Shown here: piece after piece, positions 48,636 to 62,500 of the stretch | Layout: the number at the start of each line of letters is the position of its first letter | Numbering within the stretch: the first letter of the stretch is position 1 | Source: Psammoneis japonica | Lineage: Eukaryota | Length of the DNA stretch: 64,000 nucleotides | NCBI GenBank assembly: GCA_008632985.1 | Contig: QPGO01000157.1 | Coordinates: 1-64,000 of the forward strand | Direction: 5' to 3' | Position numbers and translations under genes: made by a program | The notes under the pieces: generated by a model | Told to the model about the DNA's origin: nothing | Seen by the model: only the letters and a program-made list of their open reading frames with translations | Databases searched by the model: none

Positions 48636-51600
48636 AATGGGGGTAGTGGTATCAATAAAGATAGATTGGTAATAACAGTGTTTGATTCAATGCAAGCAAA
48701 ACTTGAAATTGTGTGGTGACTTGTTGCTTCTGGCCCATTCGTGAATGCGTAGAAACTGTACCGGAGAAGCCCGTAGGAAATCCGACGGAGTCCGCCGCTC
48801 ACGATTTTCGATTTCGCGGGAGTTGGCAGGTTTGCATGTCGGGTTACTCGTACCGGTACGACTGCCGGCGGGGCTCTAGCTGGCTGTGGAAGAGGTGAAA
48901 GCAATCAGACACGGAGACTGATGTTGGATGTATCCATGATGAATGCATCAACTTTGGAGCTGACATCTACAATGACACACCCAGTGTCACTTCGACAGAG
49001 CTCATTCTGCTGCAGGAGGAGTGCTGCACATGAGACCTTCGAACACACTTTGCAAAGGTCGCCAGTCAAAAAGTGCTGCAGTCTGCAGATTTTCGATGAC
49101 ATGTGTCCCAACTCCCACGTGTGAAGTCCACCTGGCATTCTTCTGTTGATTCTTCTTCCTCTTCTTTTGCCACACTTTGCCTCTGTTGTGCCCCAAATTT
49201 CATTTCTTCTTTCCCTTCCTTCCAGTTGCATCCACAATTGCACTTCATCTCTCCCTTTTGCAAATCGGACCAAACAGAGCCATGAGTGGATTTTCTCTCC
49301 TGTTCCTGCCTTTTGGGTTGTCAACGGATGACCCATCATTCTTGCTGTTCTGGGCCACTGCTCCCTTCTTCCGGCTGGAGCCACATCCTGCCATGATGCA
49401 CTCAGCTTCGTCATCGTCATTCAGGAGACATGCATCAATGATGATGCCAAGCAAGGAGCAGTCCAAGACTGCTGATGCCTTTTCAAAATGTTGCATTTGC
49501 TGCATGAGCCATGAGCAAGCAGTGTTGCTAGAGTGTTGTGCAAATTCGTCTGCAGCATCAAGAGCAACGGCAGAGGCAACTGGCCTCCAGGCCTGCGCTC
49601 CGTGAACTCTGATTTTTTGTGTTCTGCGGCACATCCACAGAACAGTGTTCCACAATGGTGACACCACCTTCACCTCAAGTTGTGCCAAGTGAGCCTTGGA
49701 GCAAANTCTTTGCCTTTCGATCCATTGCTGATCACAGTCAAGAATCACAACAGAGCCCTCCAACGTCATCTTCTGCAATGTTCCCAATCACAAAAATTCA
49801 TTTGATGCACAACAGAATCCCCAACAGAAGCACGACACTGCCAACAGCAAATGCAATGAACAATTCTCTTTTGAGCTCAATCCCATTGATCTTGTCCCTT
49901 TTAATTCTTTTCTTCTGAAGGGTGAAGCCGCAAACCCAATCACTGTGCAAACCAAAGCACAGCCCCAATGAATCAATCCAAAGACTGCATGCAATGCAGC
50001 AGAAGCAGCAGCATTTGATGTGACACAGAAGCTAAAAGTGCCACAAGCAAGACCTGCAAAACTTTGTTGCTCATGATTTGATGAATCATGGCACCCAACC
50101 GTGTTTGCAAAGTTGAAGCCATGACTGCATGCACCATCCAAAACAGTGTGCTGCCACATGAAACACCCCAGGGGATTGGGGAAAGCTCTGCCAACTGATG
50201 TTGCATTGAAAAAGACAGCCATGGCAAAAATGCCACAGACAGCCACAATTTTGCACCTTGGAGCAAATTTTCATTCTTCCATCATTTCAGTCAACAGTGT
50301 GGCCTCTCTTGCATCTTGACTGTTGTTCATTTGCTTGTCATTCTTCTGTCCTCCCAGTTTGGCTGCAGAACCTTCAAATGCGTGCATTGCCTGACAAGCC
50401 AATGTGACAGCCACATGGTCTGTCCATTGATCCCCAGATGCTTCTGCCAAAACATTCCCATCATTTTTTTTGAGTTGAGCAATGCACTTGCCTTTGGCAC
50501 TGTAATTTTTTGCCTTTTTTAAGAGTTCAACACAACACAGAAGCTCAAAGTGCCACAAGCAAGACCAGCAAAACTTTGTTGCTTGTGATTTGATGAAGCA
50601 TGGTGTCCGACAGTGTTCCTGCCAGCATCACAATGACAGTGCCCATGTCAATCATGGGTCAATCTGCCAGTGGGTGCTTCACTTGACTGTCCAAAAGAGT
50701 TGAGGCCACAGCTGCTCCAAGAACAGTGACAGTGGTGAGAGGACTCACGATGCTGGCTGGTGCAGTCACAATCATTGGAAAAATGAGCAGGATCATCCTC
50801 CTGCTAAAAAAAATGCAGCCATTGCCCATTGCTGCAATCACAACCACAAGCAGCCAATCAACCAGAGAGCCAGCAGCAGGCAGACAGAGGATGACGTGAT
50901 GACACAATTTTTTGTGAGGACATCTGCCCTTCATCATGTGTCACGTGTGCCCACGTCATTTGTGAAGCAGCATGACTTCAAAGACATGGGTGCCCTGGCT
51001 TGGGAGGGCCAACAGCTTCAGGCTTGTTGCATTTGACAGTGTGTCACAGGTGCGAATGTAAAAGCAGTTTGTGTCATGCATGCAGTGCAGCTCTGGCAGA
51101 GAGGAGGCAAGGGGTCATTGACACTTTGGAGGTGGCCCAACAAATTGCACCTGCCATTTGTCAAACAGATGGACAAATGTCCAAACTGGCAGCTCCCACC
51201 TCAGCTTCTTTCATCCTTGTTGGTCACATTTGATGCAGAGAATCAGTGGCACCAAATCTGTTTGTTCATTTCAGAGAGAGAGAGACCCCAAGCAAACACC
51301 TGACAGAGCTCCCATCAGATGATCCACAATGTTGGAGAATGACAAAGGTGGCACAGTTCTTTGTGGTGCAATGAACTTTTTTTGCTTTTTGTGTGTTTGA
51401 CAGAACAGCTGTGCACAGACACAAACCAACTTGACTGATTGTCTCTGAGGGACAGCAAGGCACACTGAGCTGATGTGGTGCCAAGGATTTACAAGGCAAA
51501 CTTGTAAATCCTGGTGGCACACAGCGCTGGTGGCAATGCTGTGTGCAGCATCAAATCAGCACCACGCATGTCATCTCCACATTGACTTGCAGCAGATTTG

Positions 51601-52949
51601 TTGAATGGCAGGGTCATCAAACCCTGCATGACACAGAGTGGCACAGCTCAACTTCAGCAAAACAGGGAGCAACAGGTGCCAGCCCAGATGACACATGAGA
51701 GGACACAAAGGCTTGTCATTGTTGCAAATCATTGTTGCAAACAAAATTTTGCAGGCTGGAATCACCCTGCAGTGATGAAATTCTGCACATCAGAGTTGAA
51801 CCTGCACGCTTGAATCATTTGACATTTCCCAGGGCAAAAGTTTCAGCCCAAGTCTGGAGAATGTCCAAAACTGGTGTGATGAGAAGCAAATCTCATGTGG
51901 GAAAATGCAGTCTGGTGCCAAGTTGACATGCACTCAGCAAGCAGAATTTCATGCAAGTTGTGTGGCAACAGTTGCTGATCTTGAGAAGCACAAAAGATGC
52001 AGGCTTGCAATTTGGCAAAGTGCAGTTGGCAAGTTGTGAGCCAACATTGTTGGGTTGTCAGAATGGGATTTCCATCAATGACACCGCAGTGCTCAGATTT
52101 GAGACCATGCATCTCTGCCAGCATGCTTGCCAGAGAGGAGGATGTTGTGACATTTGGTTTTGTCATTCAAAAAATCCTCAATCATTTCCAGTCACTCAAA
52201 GAAGGGCTTGAAATGTTCTTGGTCTTGGCCTCACAACCAAAACAGGCAAGAAGATGTGCTGGAAAGCTGTGCCAGCATGTGATGATGGGGGGCACATGGC
52301 AAGCTGCCTGTCCATTTCCTGACAACATGGAAAGGACAAACAACATTTTGCATTGCCTTGTCACACAACCAGCTGTCACTTGGGTGTGTTTGATGCTTTG
52401 TGGCACATTTTGCACTCAGAGTTAAGCAGGTTTTGACAGGTTCTTAGTGATTGCCTTCATTGCATGTGGAGTGCCTGCTGTCACTTTGGCCATTTGGGAG
52501 GTTCCTTGAAGCTCTGTGACATGAGCCACACTTGCAAATGCAATGCTTGAGACTCTTGACAAGCACTCCTCTTGCATGCAAGCCTGCTTGTCTGCCACAA
52601 TTTTGGCTCTTGCTGACAAAAGCAGGAAGGTGAAAGCCAGAGTTTGGCAAGTCATGACCTGCTTGCCTGCTCCCCCACTAAAGAGTCATCTGTGACATGT
52701 TTCTGTGCTGAACCAGAGTGATGCTTGTCAACAATTGAAGTTCCTAAATGTCTGCCCATTGTTTCTGTCAATCTTCATCACACATGGACATTGGCTGTTC
52801 TTCTTGATGGCTGTCAAGTTGCAAATGATTCAATTGTTTTCACTTGTTTTGAGTTGCCAGTTTTGCTTTTTGTGTGTGCATCATCAAACTTGTTAAGTTT
52901 GCATGCATTTCATCCCTTCTCTTTCTGCCAACCCAAAATCTGCCAATGA

Positions 52950-55900
52950 CAATGGCGCACCCCTGTCACAATCCACTCTGTCCCAGTCAGATGTCTGACA
53001 ACAATGACCAGCATGCTCTCCACCGACATTTCCAAAGACATCCCCAGTGCTCTTTTTTCTTTTGTTGTGGCCTCAACAATGTGTCTTCCTCTCCCAACCA
53101 CTTTTGTGTGACAACGGTGCCTCCATCTCTTTTGATGCATCAGCGCCTCTCAACCGTTCCCTTGATTCAAGTGCCAAATGATTCTTGTCCCTGTCTCTTG
53201 GTTGGGGTGGTGATCCATCCTGCCTTTTCCGAATGGCAGTGATCAAGAGTTTCAATTGTCCACCCATGTTGATCCCTTCTCCAATGAACTGCCATTGGAT
53301 TTTTCCTCCAACAACAATGTTGTTGATTCTCATCATGCGCCACTGCCAGAAGAACTCAGTGTTGGGTCTCTTGCCCCAGACCCTTCTGATGGTGGCATCT
53401 TCTGTGATGATGTCTTTTTCCTGGAGAAGGAGTTTGACGTTCTCTCAGCACAACACTCTGTGTCATCCTCTTCCCTCCCCAATGATGACAAGGATGATGA
53501 TGGATTGCACTGCTTTGACGCACTTAGATGGAAGAAGCTCAGCTGTTGCAACCTCCATGCATTTGTGTGACCAACAGCAGCAGCACCAAGAAGCTTCATT
53601 CAGTGGAGGAAGAGCTGGTTGTGATGATGAAGAAGCATTGTCTCTCCCATGGTTTGTGCAAGAAGCATTTTCTCTCCCCTGGTTTGTACAAGGCTTTTTG
53701 TTTTTGGGCCAAACATGCCAAGGAGAGTGGCTGTGAGTGCAAGTCTCTCTTGAAAGCTGAGCATTTTGGTTTTGGTGGCCCAGAGCACATTTGCTCCACA
53801 GTGCATGTGGACCCCGAGATTTCCCCCCAATGCATGTGCACTGATTTTCCTTTCTGCACTGTGTGAGAAGGGTTTTCTGCAATCCCCAGGTTGTCCAGTC
53901 TTGTCAGTGGTTGTGCAATGAGAAGTGCTGCCCCAAACTAAACAAGCACATTTGTGACTCTCTTGACACTGGAAACTGGTGGAAGCAAGTGGAGCATGAT
54001 CTCTCAAATCTTCCCTTGATCAACTTGGCAATGACTGGATCACACTTTGTTTGCCCAGTTGTGCTGTTTGACAACTCCACCCTCCTTTGTGAAAACATGG
54101 GTCATTTGCAGTCACAACCCATTCTTGTGACATTGGGCAATTTTAATGATGAGTGTCATTGCAGCCACTCCCTTTGGTCAACACCAGGAATGGTGCCGCC
54201 ACACCCAAAGACAAGCATTGAGTGCACTGCCAACTTTCAGTCAAAGCTCAGACAGGCGACATGCATCAAGTTCCACCACAGCACTTTGCACAAGATGTTC
54301 ACAGAGTTGCTTCAACTGTCAAAGCAAAAGACTGGTTTCCCAATTGTGGTGCCATCTCTCAGCTTTGTTCATCTCCACTTTTGATTTGTGCACGACAATC
54401 AGCCATGCAAAAGGTCACGACAACATGGCTTGTCACCACAACCCCATTCAAGCAACATCTCCTGGATGAACAGGGACTGTGACACACCACAGCATTTTGG
54501 TGACAATCCCTTGCTGCTTGGCTGCATTTTGGCGGAACAAGAGAACATTGAGGAGACAGTGGAGGCTGCCATGACAGCCATGGAGGAGGAAAGGCATCAT
54601 GGCAAGGCAACTGCTGCTTGTGAACAGTGCAAGGACATTTCTCAGCACTTCACTCATCCCATGTTTTGGGACATCTCTCATGGTGGAGGAAAGCACAGCA
54701 TTTTTGTCATGCTCCCCTGGAACCTGTTGCATGCCTTGCACTTTGGTCTTTGCAAGCATCTGCCTTGTGCCTTCTTCAACCTGCATCAAGTCCCAGAAAA
54801 CATGTTGTCATGGTGTTGCAAATGTCATGTTGCTGGGAATGCACAATGGACAACTGATCATCCATCACATTCAAGGAGCTCCCTGAGCTGTTTGACAAAG
54901 CTGAGTTTGAGAGATGCTTCAGAGTTGCCACACATGCACCCAGGAGGCAAAGCGATTGGAAGGTGCCAAGAGCTCCATTCAAGAATGGAGTCACCAACCA
55001 GACTCATCTTTCTGGCCAAGAGCATCCAGGTTTGTTGCTTGCAACACTTGTGCAATGAAAGGCATGCTTTCGAAGGAAGATGAAAGCCTCAAGCCACTGG
55101 AGAGTCAACTTTCCCACCTGATGTTCATGTCTTTGGGATTGGACGCAGCACTGTCCATGTCCTCCAACAAGGAAAGCTTCCTTCTCACTTGGCTTCAGAA
55201 ATGCATCCTCAAGCATCTCCAATTGTTTTGATTTGCAGTCAGCCCATTCAGAGAGTGCCACTCTTGTTCCAGACTTTGCACACCCAAGTTCCATGTCCTT
55301 CTTCACTTCCTTTTTTGTGTTTGTCAGCGGGGCAATGCCAACACTTTTTTGGTGGATTCTGTGAAGCTCTCCTCAAGATGCTTTTTTGAAGCAACTCACT
55401 AAAAACACAAGTCATTGGCAAGATGGGCTCAACCTGGATGTGATGAATTGCCACTGTGAGGACCTTGTGGTTGGGAAATGATCAGAGAAGCATTTGCTGG
55501 AGGTGGGTTGGCTGCATGCACAAGAGGAAGAGGCTTGTCCTGACTCTCCACCATCAAATTGTGCATGCACTGACCCTGCAAGTGGATTCAAACCATGTGA
55601 ATCTGTCTTGGTGACTGCTTGGGTTACAAGCATGGATCACAACAATGCCACATGGTCTGTAAAATGTGGCAACAAACAGCTGGAGACACTGTCATGTCCT
55701 TTTGTTCCTGACCATTGCAGCAAGGAGTGGGTCACCTCCTTGCTGGATCATGCGGAACATTGCAAAGGTTTCCCAGTTGACATTGTGAATTTTCATTTGT
55801 TTTGGATGCAATGCTCTGGGCCCTGTCAATGACAAACATGACATTCTAAGATGCCACCCTCACTTTCACTCCTGCCCATGGGAACAAAGGAGTTGGCACA
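52950..55900 (+). mobile_element. Plavaka-type transposase remnant
   Basis: LDTGNWW...FVCPVVLFDNST...GHLQSQPILVTLGNF...W...GMVP, ISHAKGHD, NRDCD and SIFVMLPWNLLH follow the Plavaka motif order. Confidence 0.7.
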
Positions 55901-57439
55901 GCTGGTCCATGGTGAACTGGGACAAGAACAAAATGAGCCATTTCTGTTGCAACTCATGTGTTGTTGGGCAACCTTGGAAAATAAAACGAAGGAGTGCAAA
56001 TCCACAATTTGTGCAATCCAATCACTTTGGAGCTTCGTGCCATCCAAAGATTTGCTGCTGACCTTTTTCTTCAGCACTGAAACAGAGTCAGAAATCAGAG
56101 TTGTTGAAATTTCTGACACATTGTCTGTTGTCTGCTGCCTTTGTTCTTCCATTGATTGGGTTGCCACAAGACCCCTTTCCTGACAACCCAGAGGATGTCA
56201 CTTGTTTTGTCGTTGGACAAAAGGTGTTGATTGAAGTCCTGGAGATGGGAGTGTGCAGGCACGAGTGTGAAAATTCCAATCTTAACAAGAACACATCAAC
56301 ATGATAAAATCAAACTTGTTGAATGCATGCATGTGACATTGATGACCAAATGATTCATTGAGGTTGTTTCAAATCATTTGAACCATCACATTGCAACAAA
56401 AAGATTGAATTTTAAAACAAAATTGTTGCTGAAAAAGAGATGCTGGTGGGAATCAACTGACAGCAAGGCTTGCATTTTGGTCAAAAACATGAATTGTCAC
56501 TCCCCCCACAAGACACAAAAATGCAATCTCAAGTCACATGCAATGCATGAGAGCAGTGGTGACAGGCAGCGAAGTTGTGAATGGGATGGAACAAAATGCA
56601 GGACACAAGGTGAGAAAGAGGAAACAAGTGGCGAATGCATGGAGATGGGCCCACAAGCAAATGACTGACACTTGTGCACATCTTTGTGCACAGATGTCCA
56701 AACACATGTCCTGAGCTGCAACGCAAGATGGGCAATGGGGAAGGGCACAAAGGTGAGCAGAAGCAGTGCATGAAACAAAATTGTAAGAAACACAAAACAT
56801 GCACAAAAATTGATCATTGAGACAAAGTTTTTTCTCCAGTTTTGCGGGCGATGCTTTGGCCAGCCAAACAGAAGGAATGCAAGATTGACCATTGGAGGAC
56901 AATGTCATTGCCTGGTGTGGATGGTTGTGGAGAGAGCAAGAGTGGTTGCAAGGGAGGCCACAAGGGCTGAAAACATCACACCCATGGTTGGGGACTGTGA
57001 AAGACAACAGGAACTGGTGGAACACAGGAAAAAAAGAACAGGAAAAAGGGAGCATTTTGCAGCATGCAGTGTGGAAACAACAAAACAGAACAACTGCACA
57101 TCAGACAACAAGCAGCATGGAGGACAATTGAACATCATGGTTGTCAGAAGTGGACAATGTCAGAATGTTGTTGCAAACACATGGTTGTTGAGATGGAAAC
57201 AGATGCAAGTGACGCATTTCATTGAGTGTCATTTCCTGCTTGGAAGGTTTGAAATGAGCAGACACAAAGAATTGTCAAGGATGTGTGCACAACAAGACTG
57301 ATTTGCATCAGCTGTTAAATCCCACTTGGAATGTTCAAACAATTGTCAAGCTCCCTTTGTTGACAATCATTTGGAACTTGTTAAGAAAACAGAACCCTGA
57401 ACAAGAGAATGTGAGTTCTGAACAAGAGCCGCGACATTT

Positions 57440-58930
57440 TCCAAATGTGAGCACCCCACATTCCTTTGGCGACCTGCCTGTTCACTCTCTCACACAGCAT
57501 GGAAAGGAAGAACAACATCTTGCACAGGCTGCAGCAGCAATGGCAAAACATGAGCAGCGCTGAGAAACAAGCAACAAAAAAGAATGGGCTGTCACAAACT
57601 CGTCATCTTTGCATGCAAGAAACAGCTTCTGTGATGCCAGCACCTGGTGTTTTCTGCAAGGTCGCTGAAGCTGGAGCTTGTCCTGCAACACAAGCACAAG
57701 AAGCTTGTCAGCTGCACATGCTGGTGGGTCTTAAAAGCCCAAAGAGCACCCACCTTGCTTTGGTGCTCTGCTCTGCTTGTTCATTCCCTGATCATGACAT
57801 GAAAAAAAAGAACAACATGTTGCACAGGCTGCAACAGCAATGGCAAAAAGCAAAAACATGAGCAGCACTGGGAAACAACAGTCCAGTGGAAGCTGTGCTG
57901 GCCATCATGTGGGTGTTGTGCAGGGTGGCTGAAATGACAAGCACCCCTCTTGCATGCAGGCTTGCTTGCCTCCCACAGTTTTTGATTCTGCTGACAGAAG
58001 CAAGCAGGTTGTCAAATGTGGAGCTGATGGGTTGGGGCCTCCTTGCCTGTGAATTGTTTTTTGCCTCTGTTCATCATGAAAAAACCAAAAGCTGATGCTG
58101 CAAAAAACACAAGCAGCTGAGCAGCTGTGCAGCCAAGCATGTGCTTGCCTTTTCCACAGATGTCTGTCAGGGTGCAGCACATGGTGAGCTGCTTGCTTGT
58201 TTCCTGACAACAAGGACAAACAACAACATCTTGCTGCACCTTGTCACATCTTTGGCAGTTACCTGGTTTCCAAGACTTGTTCATTCCCTGACAACAAGGG
58301 CAGAAAGAACAACATCTTGCACAGGCTGCAACACCAGCTGCAACAGCAAACACAAAAAGGAGTGGGGAACAAGCAATGAAAAAGAATGGACAGTCAGAAG
58401 CTCAACACCTCAGCCCACCACAAGCAGCTTTTGGCTGAAGCTTGAGCTCCTGCAGCTCAAGCCATGCAAGAAACTGAGCAGCTGCACACTTGCTCATCTG
58501 CTCAGCTTCCTTTGTTTGTCTTGCAGGAGCTCCAGCTTTGGCCACTCTGCACAAAGTGCCACATGCTGGCCAGAGCAAAAAAGCTGCTTGTGGTGAGTTC
58601 TTGAGGTGTTCCAGCAGCCCTCCTCTTGGGTGTCATGAGGCCTTCTTGAAGCCAGCACAGAGAAGCTGTTTGTGAGTTGAGGTGGCTGTTGAGCTTGTGA
58701 CAGCACACTCTTTTTCATTGCTTGTTCCCCAGTGCTGCTCATGTTTGCTGCCACCAATGCTGCTGCCAGCACAGCCTGCAGCACCAGATGTCACTCTTCC
58801 TTGGTTTGTGGACCAAGAAGCACCCACCTTCCTTTGGCTGTCTGCTTGTTCACTTCCTGACAAAGCAGAGTGAAAGAACAGCATCTTGCACACAGAAGCA
58901 AGCAACCGCAGCAGCAACAGCAGCAGCAAG
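57440..58930. repeat. Cluster of decayed ~150 bp repeats in direct and inverted orientation; related pieces at ~52290-52630
   Basis: aagaacaacatcttgcacaggctgca...aaacaagcaa..aaaaagaatgg at ~57508, 57808 and 58305; inverted at ~58690-58790; partial at ~58845. Confidence 0.75.
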
Positions 58931-58944
58931 AGATTGGTGGCATT

Positions 58945-59415
58945 GAGTCCTTCCATTCCTTTGGCAGATGATGAAAGCACCACAAAGCTGGTTTCATTTT
59001 GATCCAACAGACCAAGAACAGCACCACACTTGTGTTGGCTCTTAAGAATGTCAAACAGGCTACAGCCCAAATGGATCTTCCCCTTGTCTTCCTTGGGCTT
59101 TGGCAAACATGCTGTCTCATGCTGTCAGGAGTGTTGTCACTTGTTGCATCCATGGAAACAACAGTGCTGCTTGCGAACATGGCTGCATTTGTCAACAACA
59201 ACACTTTCTCTGCCATTGACTTGTCAGACTCAGAATCTGCCTTTTGCTGTGTGTTTCGGCAGCAGGACTTGCAATGCACTGAGCATCAAGAACAATCTTG
59301 CAGCTTCATTGTCATCAGAATCACTGTGGCAAATCATGCTGTTCCTGTGCAAGGTCTCTCTTGAGAGTTGGTGTCCCCCCCTGCCCCTTGACCATCAATG
59401 ATGTCAACAACCACA
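58945..59415 (-). pseudogene. Hypermutated duplicate of the 5' end and upstream region of the TBC gene (32841-33330)
   Basis: Colinear same-orientation alignment, e.g. gatccaacagaccaagaacag vs gatccaacagaccgagaacag, and shared tctctcttgagag. Confidence 0.92.
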
Positions 59416-59599
59416 GGCAACAGAATGCTTTTCTTTTTTGCCAAAAACACATCTTTTCAGTGCACCACAGTTCAAGTTCTGTGTGAGGTGATGGCATGGG
59501 CATTGAATCATGTGACCAAAATTGTTTTGTGTCACTTGAAGATGATTGGAGGGAGAGTGCAGAATCTGTGAGCAAAACACACTGCAATTGCATTGACTG

Positions 59600-62500
59600 A
59601 TGAGTGAAAGCCATGGCATGATGTTGGGCAAAGGTGTGAGAACACTCAGTGTGATGGCCCTGCACAGGAACCTTGACACATGTTGGCTCACATGGGAAGC
59701 CTTGACCAAGTGTTGGAAGCGAGAACATTGTGGCTGCCACTGACACTTTTTTGGAACCCTGTTTTGAAAATCTTTCTGCAGCTGACCAACACATTTTTTG
59801 TGGCTTGTTTTGGCACAGAGACAGAGGCTTGGTTGGAGCCTTTCATTGCTCACATGAAAAGAATCAAGGGCAGGGAGTTTTAACCTGGGAAACTGTGGTG
59901 GCCTCCCCAAGCTCAACAAGAACAAAAAAATCGCTTCCCCAAGGCTGTCACACTTCTGGAGCAGCTCGACATCTCCAAGAAGGCATTTGACTTGGTGCTC
60001 ACTAAGAATTTGAAATTGTTGCTTGAACAAGCTTCTTGCAAGATTCCCAATGCTCAGACTTGGTGATTGTTCTGGTGCGTTCTTCATCACCATGCTGGAA
60101 CTCAGGGATGAGAACAATTTCACCCCAACTTCATCAAATTGTGCACTTGCAATCTTGTCGTTGCTTGCAACAAGGATCAAATGGGTTTCCCCTCCTCTCC
60201 TGCAGCTGGCATGGTAACACAGTTGCTTGCGACAGTGTGCACTGAGAAGGATTTTCTGCCATTTGTAGAACTGCAGGCACTTGCCCATCCAGTTCTGCAA
60301 TCATTGTCCGATAAGACAGGAAATGCAATCACGAAGTTGACCGTCCTAGACAAGGCAAATCGCAAAACTAAGAGACTTTACGCAGTGCTGCCAAAACACG
60401 AAAACCTGTAGCGAAAACAAAGACAGTCAACCAAATAATTGAATTGCTTGAAGAGAGCAGCGATGAGGACCACGCCCTTTTGAAACTGGTTGCAAGCAGT
60501 TTCGATTATGCTCTATGTAGCACACAAGATCTCGTGCTCGATGAGTCAAAGGTTATAGCGCTTAGGGACTACGTTAAGATGAGTCTAAACGGAGTGCTAC
60601 GGCTGGACAGTAGGTTTATCCAGGCTCATCTCAACATTCGAATATTCTCTACCCAGCTGAAGAAGATAATCTCACGATGTGAATCAGAAGGGAGTTTGGC
60701 GCATGGAGCAACTCTAATACCCGTGATCATAGACAAGAATGGAAACAAAAAAGCTTTAAGGGCTTTTGGTGGATAAAGCAACCGCGACGGGTTTTGGAGA
60801 AGCTCACCGAGGTATGCCACGTTGCTGGCAAATTCGAGGAATCCGAATCCTTCAGTTCCGAAACGAACGAACTCGTCGTAGTATTCGGCGGTGACAAAGG
60901 AGGTGATGCATTCACCCTTTTGATTCGAATAGCGAATCACAGAGACGGAAATAAAGGGACAAATTGCCAGCCCCAGTGCCAGTACGAGTGTGCAGCGGAA
61001 TGCGAGTTCAGCCGTCGAGCCTCTGCCTACAGTATTGTGATGTTTCCAATGACAGCATTCTTGCAAGATCTGGTGGACGATGCCCTCCACATCATCACAT
61101 TCGACGCCGGCAATGGATGCAGCTGTTGCAAATGCGCTTCCATCAAGTTTATCGCCTCTTCCAGTAACGGTGAATATTCATTGACGTTTGATAGCATTGT
61201 AGTCGACGCCTCCTTTTCAAATGCCGCTCTGCCGGCAGAGGAAGAAGAAATGAAGAACAGCCTGACACGTTGGATCTCTCAAGCTACACGACTGCTACAG
61301 GGAGCAAGATTGAGCTCATTGCCACGTTGGTAAAGTCGAGTGAAACTTCTAGTGACTGTGACGGCTTCAGACTTTCCGTCGGTGCCACCGGGCCAATTGT
61401 GTGTCGCCATGAATTCGAAGAAGGTAAACTCGTAGTTGGGGACAACGCAAACATCAATGTGACATTCCAGCAAAAAGTTGGGTTTCCGAGCAACGATACA
61501 AAGCAGTCGTTGATAGTTTCTGGCCAAGGCACTGCATCCAATCAATGTAACTGATTTGCGCGGAAGATCACATTTACTTTACAAGCCACGCCCCCAAATG
61601 GATACAAGAAATGGATGTCGAAAATAAGATAGTGACAGTCGAATACACACCAGCCCCTGTACGTGAAGGAGACTTTGCCAATCACTTGCTTTACCAAAAG
61701 TGGGCCGAACGCACCCACAACGGCAACGTACCGTCATCCAACAAAGAAGACAGACTTGAATGCGGAAGCGTTCACAAGGCTCCGCTTTTGAGAGTGCCAC
61801 CTCACAAGGAAACGATGACAGCCATGCACACACCACAAGGCGTTTTCACTCATTTTGCTGATGAAATCAGGAAGCGCATTTGTTTCATTGAAAAGAATTC
61901 AGCGTGGAGCGCTGAGGTCGAACGTGAACATGCCGCGGTAGAGAATCGCATCAGGAGAAGTGTCCAGGATGGCTCAAGGCGAGACGGAATTCAAGTCAGT
62001 ATGTTAAGTCCCAAAGGAAATTAGAAAAGGATTTTGAGAGGGAAATGGCAAGTGGGAACCAAGATGAAGAAACAATATACATAGACTCCGAGAAGAATTG
62101 CAGCATGCCATCATGCTACCGTGATGACGAACTTGGGACAGGAGCATAGGTTGCAGGAGGGACTTACTCGATTTGTCTCATCTATGCAATCATATTGCTC
62201 CAAGAATAGCATGAAGCCAAAAGGGAGAGGTGAGTTTGTATACAACAAGAGCTTTGAGGTTTTGGTGCAGGTAAGGTTTCGCGCTGAGCACAGCGGTTAC
62301 GAGTTGAGCCACGCAGACGGAATGACAGCTCAGAAAAGTGAGACACCATTTGTGAGAATGTGGCGCAGTGCTATGCATGGTATGACCAGCATCAAAACTT
62401 ACATGATGCTTTAATAGAGCTAGGTAATGGAAAGCTCTGAAAAAGTTGCGCGGCCTTTGCTTAAAGTATCAAAAAGATTCTGAAATCCCAAAAGAAACCA

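Larger units (their letters stand above)
48930..60300. other. CpG/TpA-depleted hypermutated domain 4
   Basis: Both dinucleotides nearly absent over ~11 kb; residual TA mostly in TAA/TTA. Confidence 0.95.

Noticed and set aside
14030..60300. Classical fungal RIP or simple 5mC deamination as the full explanation of the domains
   Set aside because: RIP raises TpA, whereas it is lost here. 5mC deamination accounts only for the CG component.
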